A stretch of 64,000 nucleotides of DNA from Scenedesmus sp. PABB004 (lineage: Eukaryota), in the NCBI GenBank assembly GCA_014905635.1, contig JABVCE010000030.1:124001-188000 (forward strand), given 5' to 3'. This document shows positions 63,749-64,000 of the stretch, in pieces. The translations under genes and the position numbers were made by a program. The notes beneath the pieces were generated by a model that saw only the letters and a list, made by a program, of their open reading frames with translations, made no database searches and was not told where the DNA came from. How positions within the stretch are numbered: the stretch's first letter is position 1; each line of letters opens with the position of its first letter.

Positions 63749-64000
63749 GGCACCAGCGGGGTGCCGGGTTGATGCCACGTGTGGTGGTCAGGCCGCCGGC
63801 GTCCGTGACTGGGACGCTGCGGCGCCCGCGAGCGCGTTTGCTCGGGCAGTCGGGGTCCACGATTCTGTGCCAGCGCGGCACACCTCCTGTGTCGCCGCCC
63901 TTCCCCGCTGCCGCAGAGTCTGCGCCCCTGCCTTCGCCACACCCCGCGCCACACCGGGACAGCCCGCGCCCGCCGCGGCGCCACCGCCGTCTACTGCGTC

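Overview
This is eukaryotic nuclear DNA from an extremely GC-rich (roughly 80% by eye), intron-dense green alga, most consistent with Chlorophyceae/Sphaeropleales (an inference from gene content and intron style). Most entries in the ORF track are GC-driven shadow ORFs; the real genes are split by many ~100-250 nt introns. Recognisable genes: SF3A1/PRP21, TSPO/MBR, LanC-like protein, an ankyrin protein, a long tail-anchored coiled-coil protein, an intronless F-box/ankyrin-repeat gene, bacterial-type glucokinase, a PLIP/PGD1-like class 3 lipase, a type II 3-dehydroquinate synthase homologue, a ~55-exon TOR kinase, a receptor-like kinase and an ESV1/LESV starch-granule protein, plus several hypothetical genes. 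The most striking unexplained structures are: (1) two intron-containing genes (TSPO and DHQS-II), each bracketed by long direct duplications of a neighbour's UTR/promoter, as if inserted with a giant target duplication; (2) polarised introns, G/GT/TTTAGGG-rich after the donor and C/AC/CCCTAAA-rich before the acceptor, with about a quarter of TOR introns using GC donors; (3) a fold-back repeat element inside a TOR intron; (4) a possible intronic alternative tail-anchor exon; (5) a perfect 40-bp palindrome between convergent genes. Several 1-2 nt frameshifts and one in-frame TGA in conserved exons probably reflect assembly errors. Exon boundaries were inferred by eye and are approximate.
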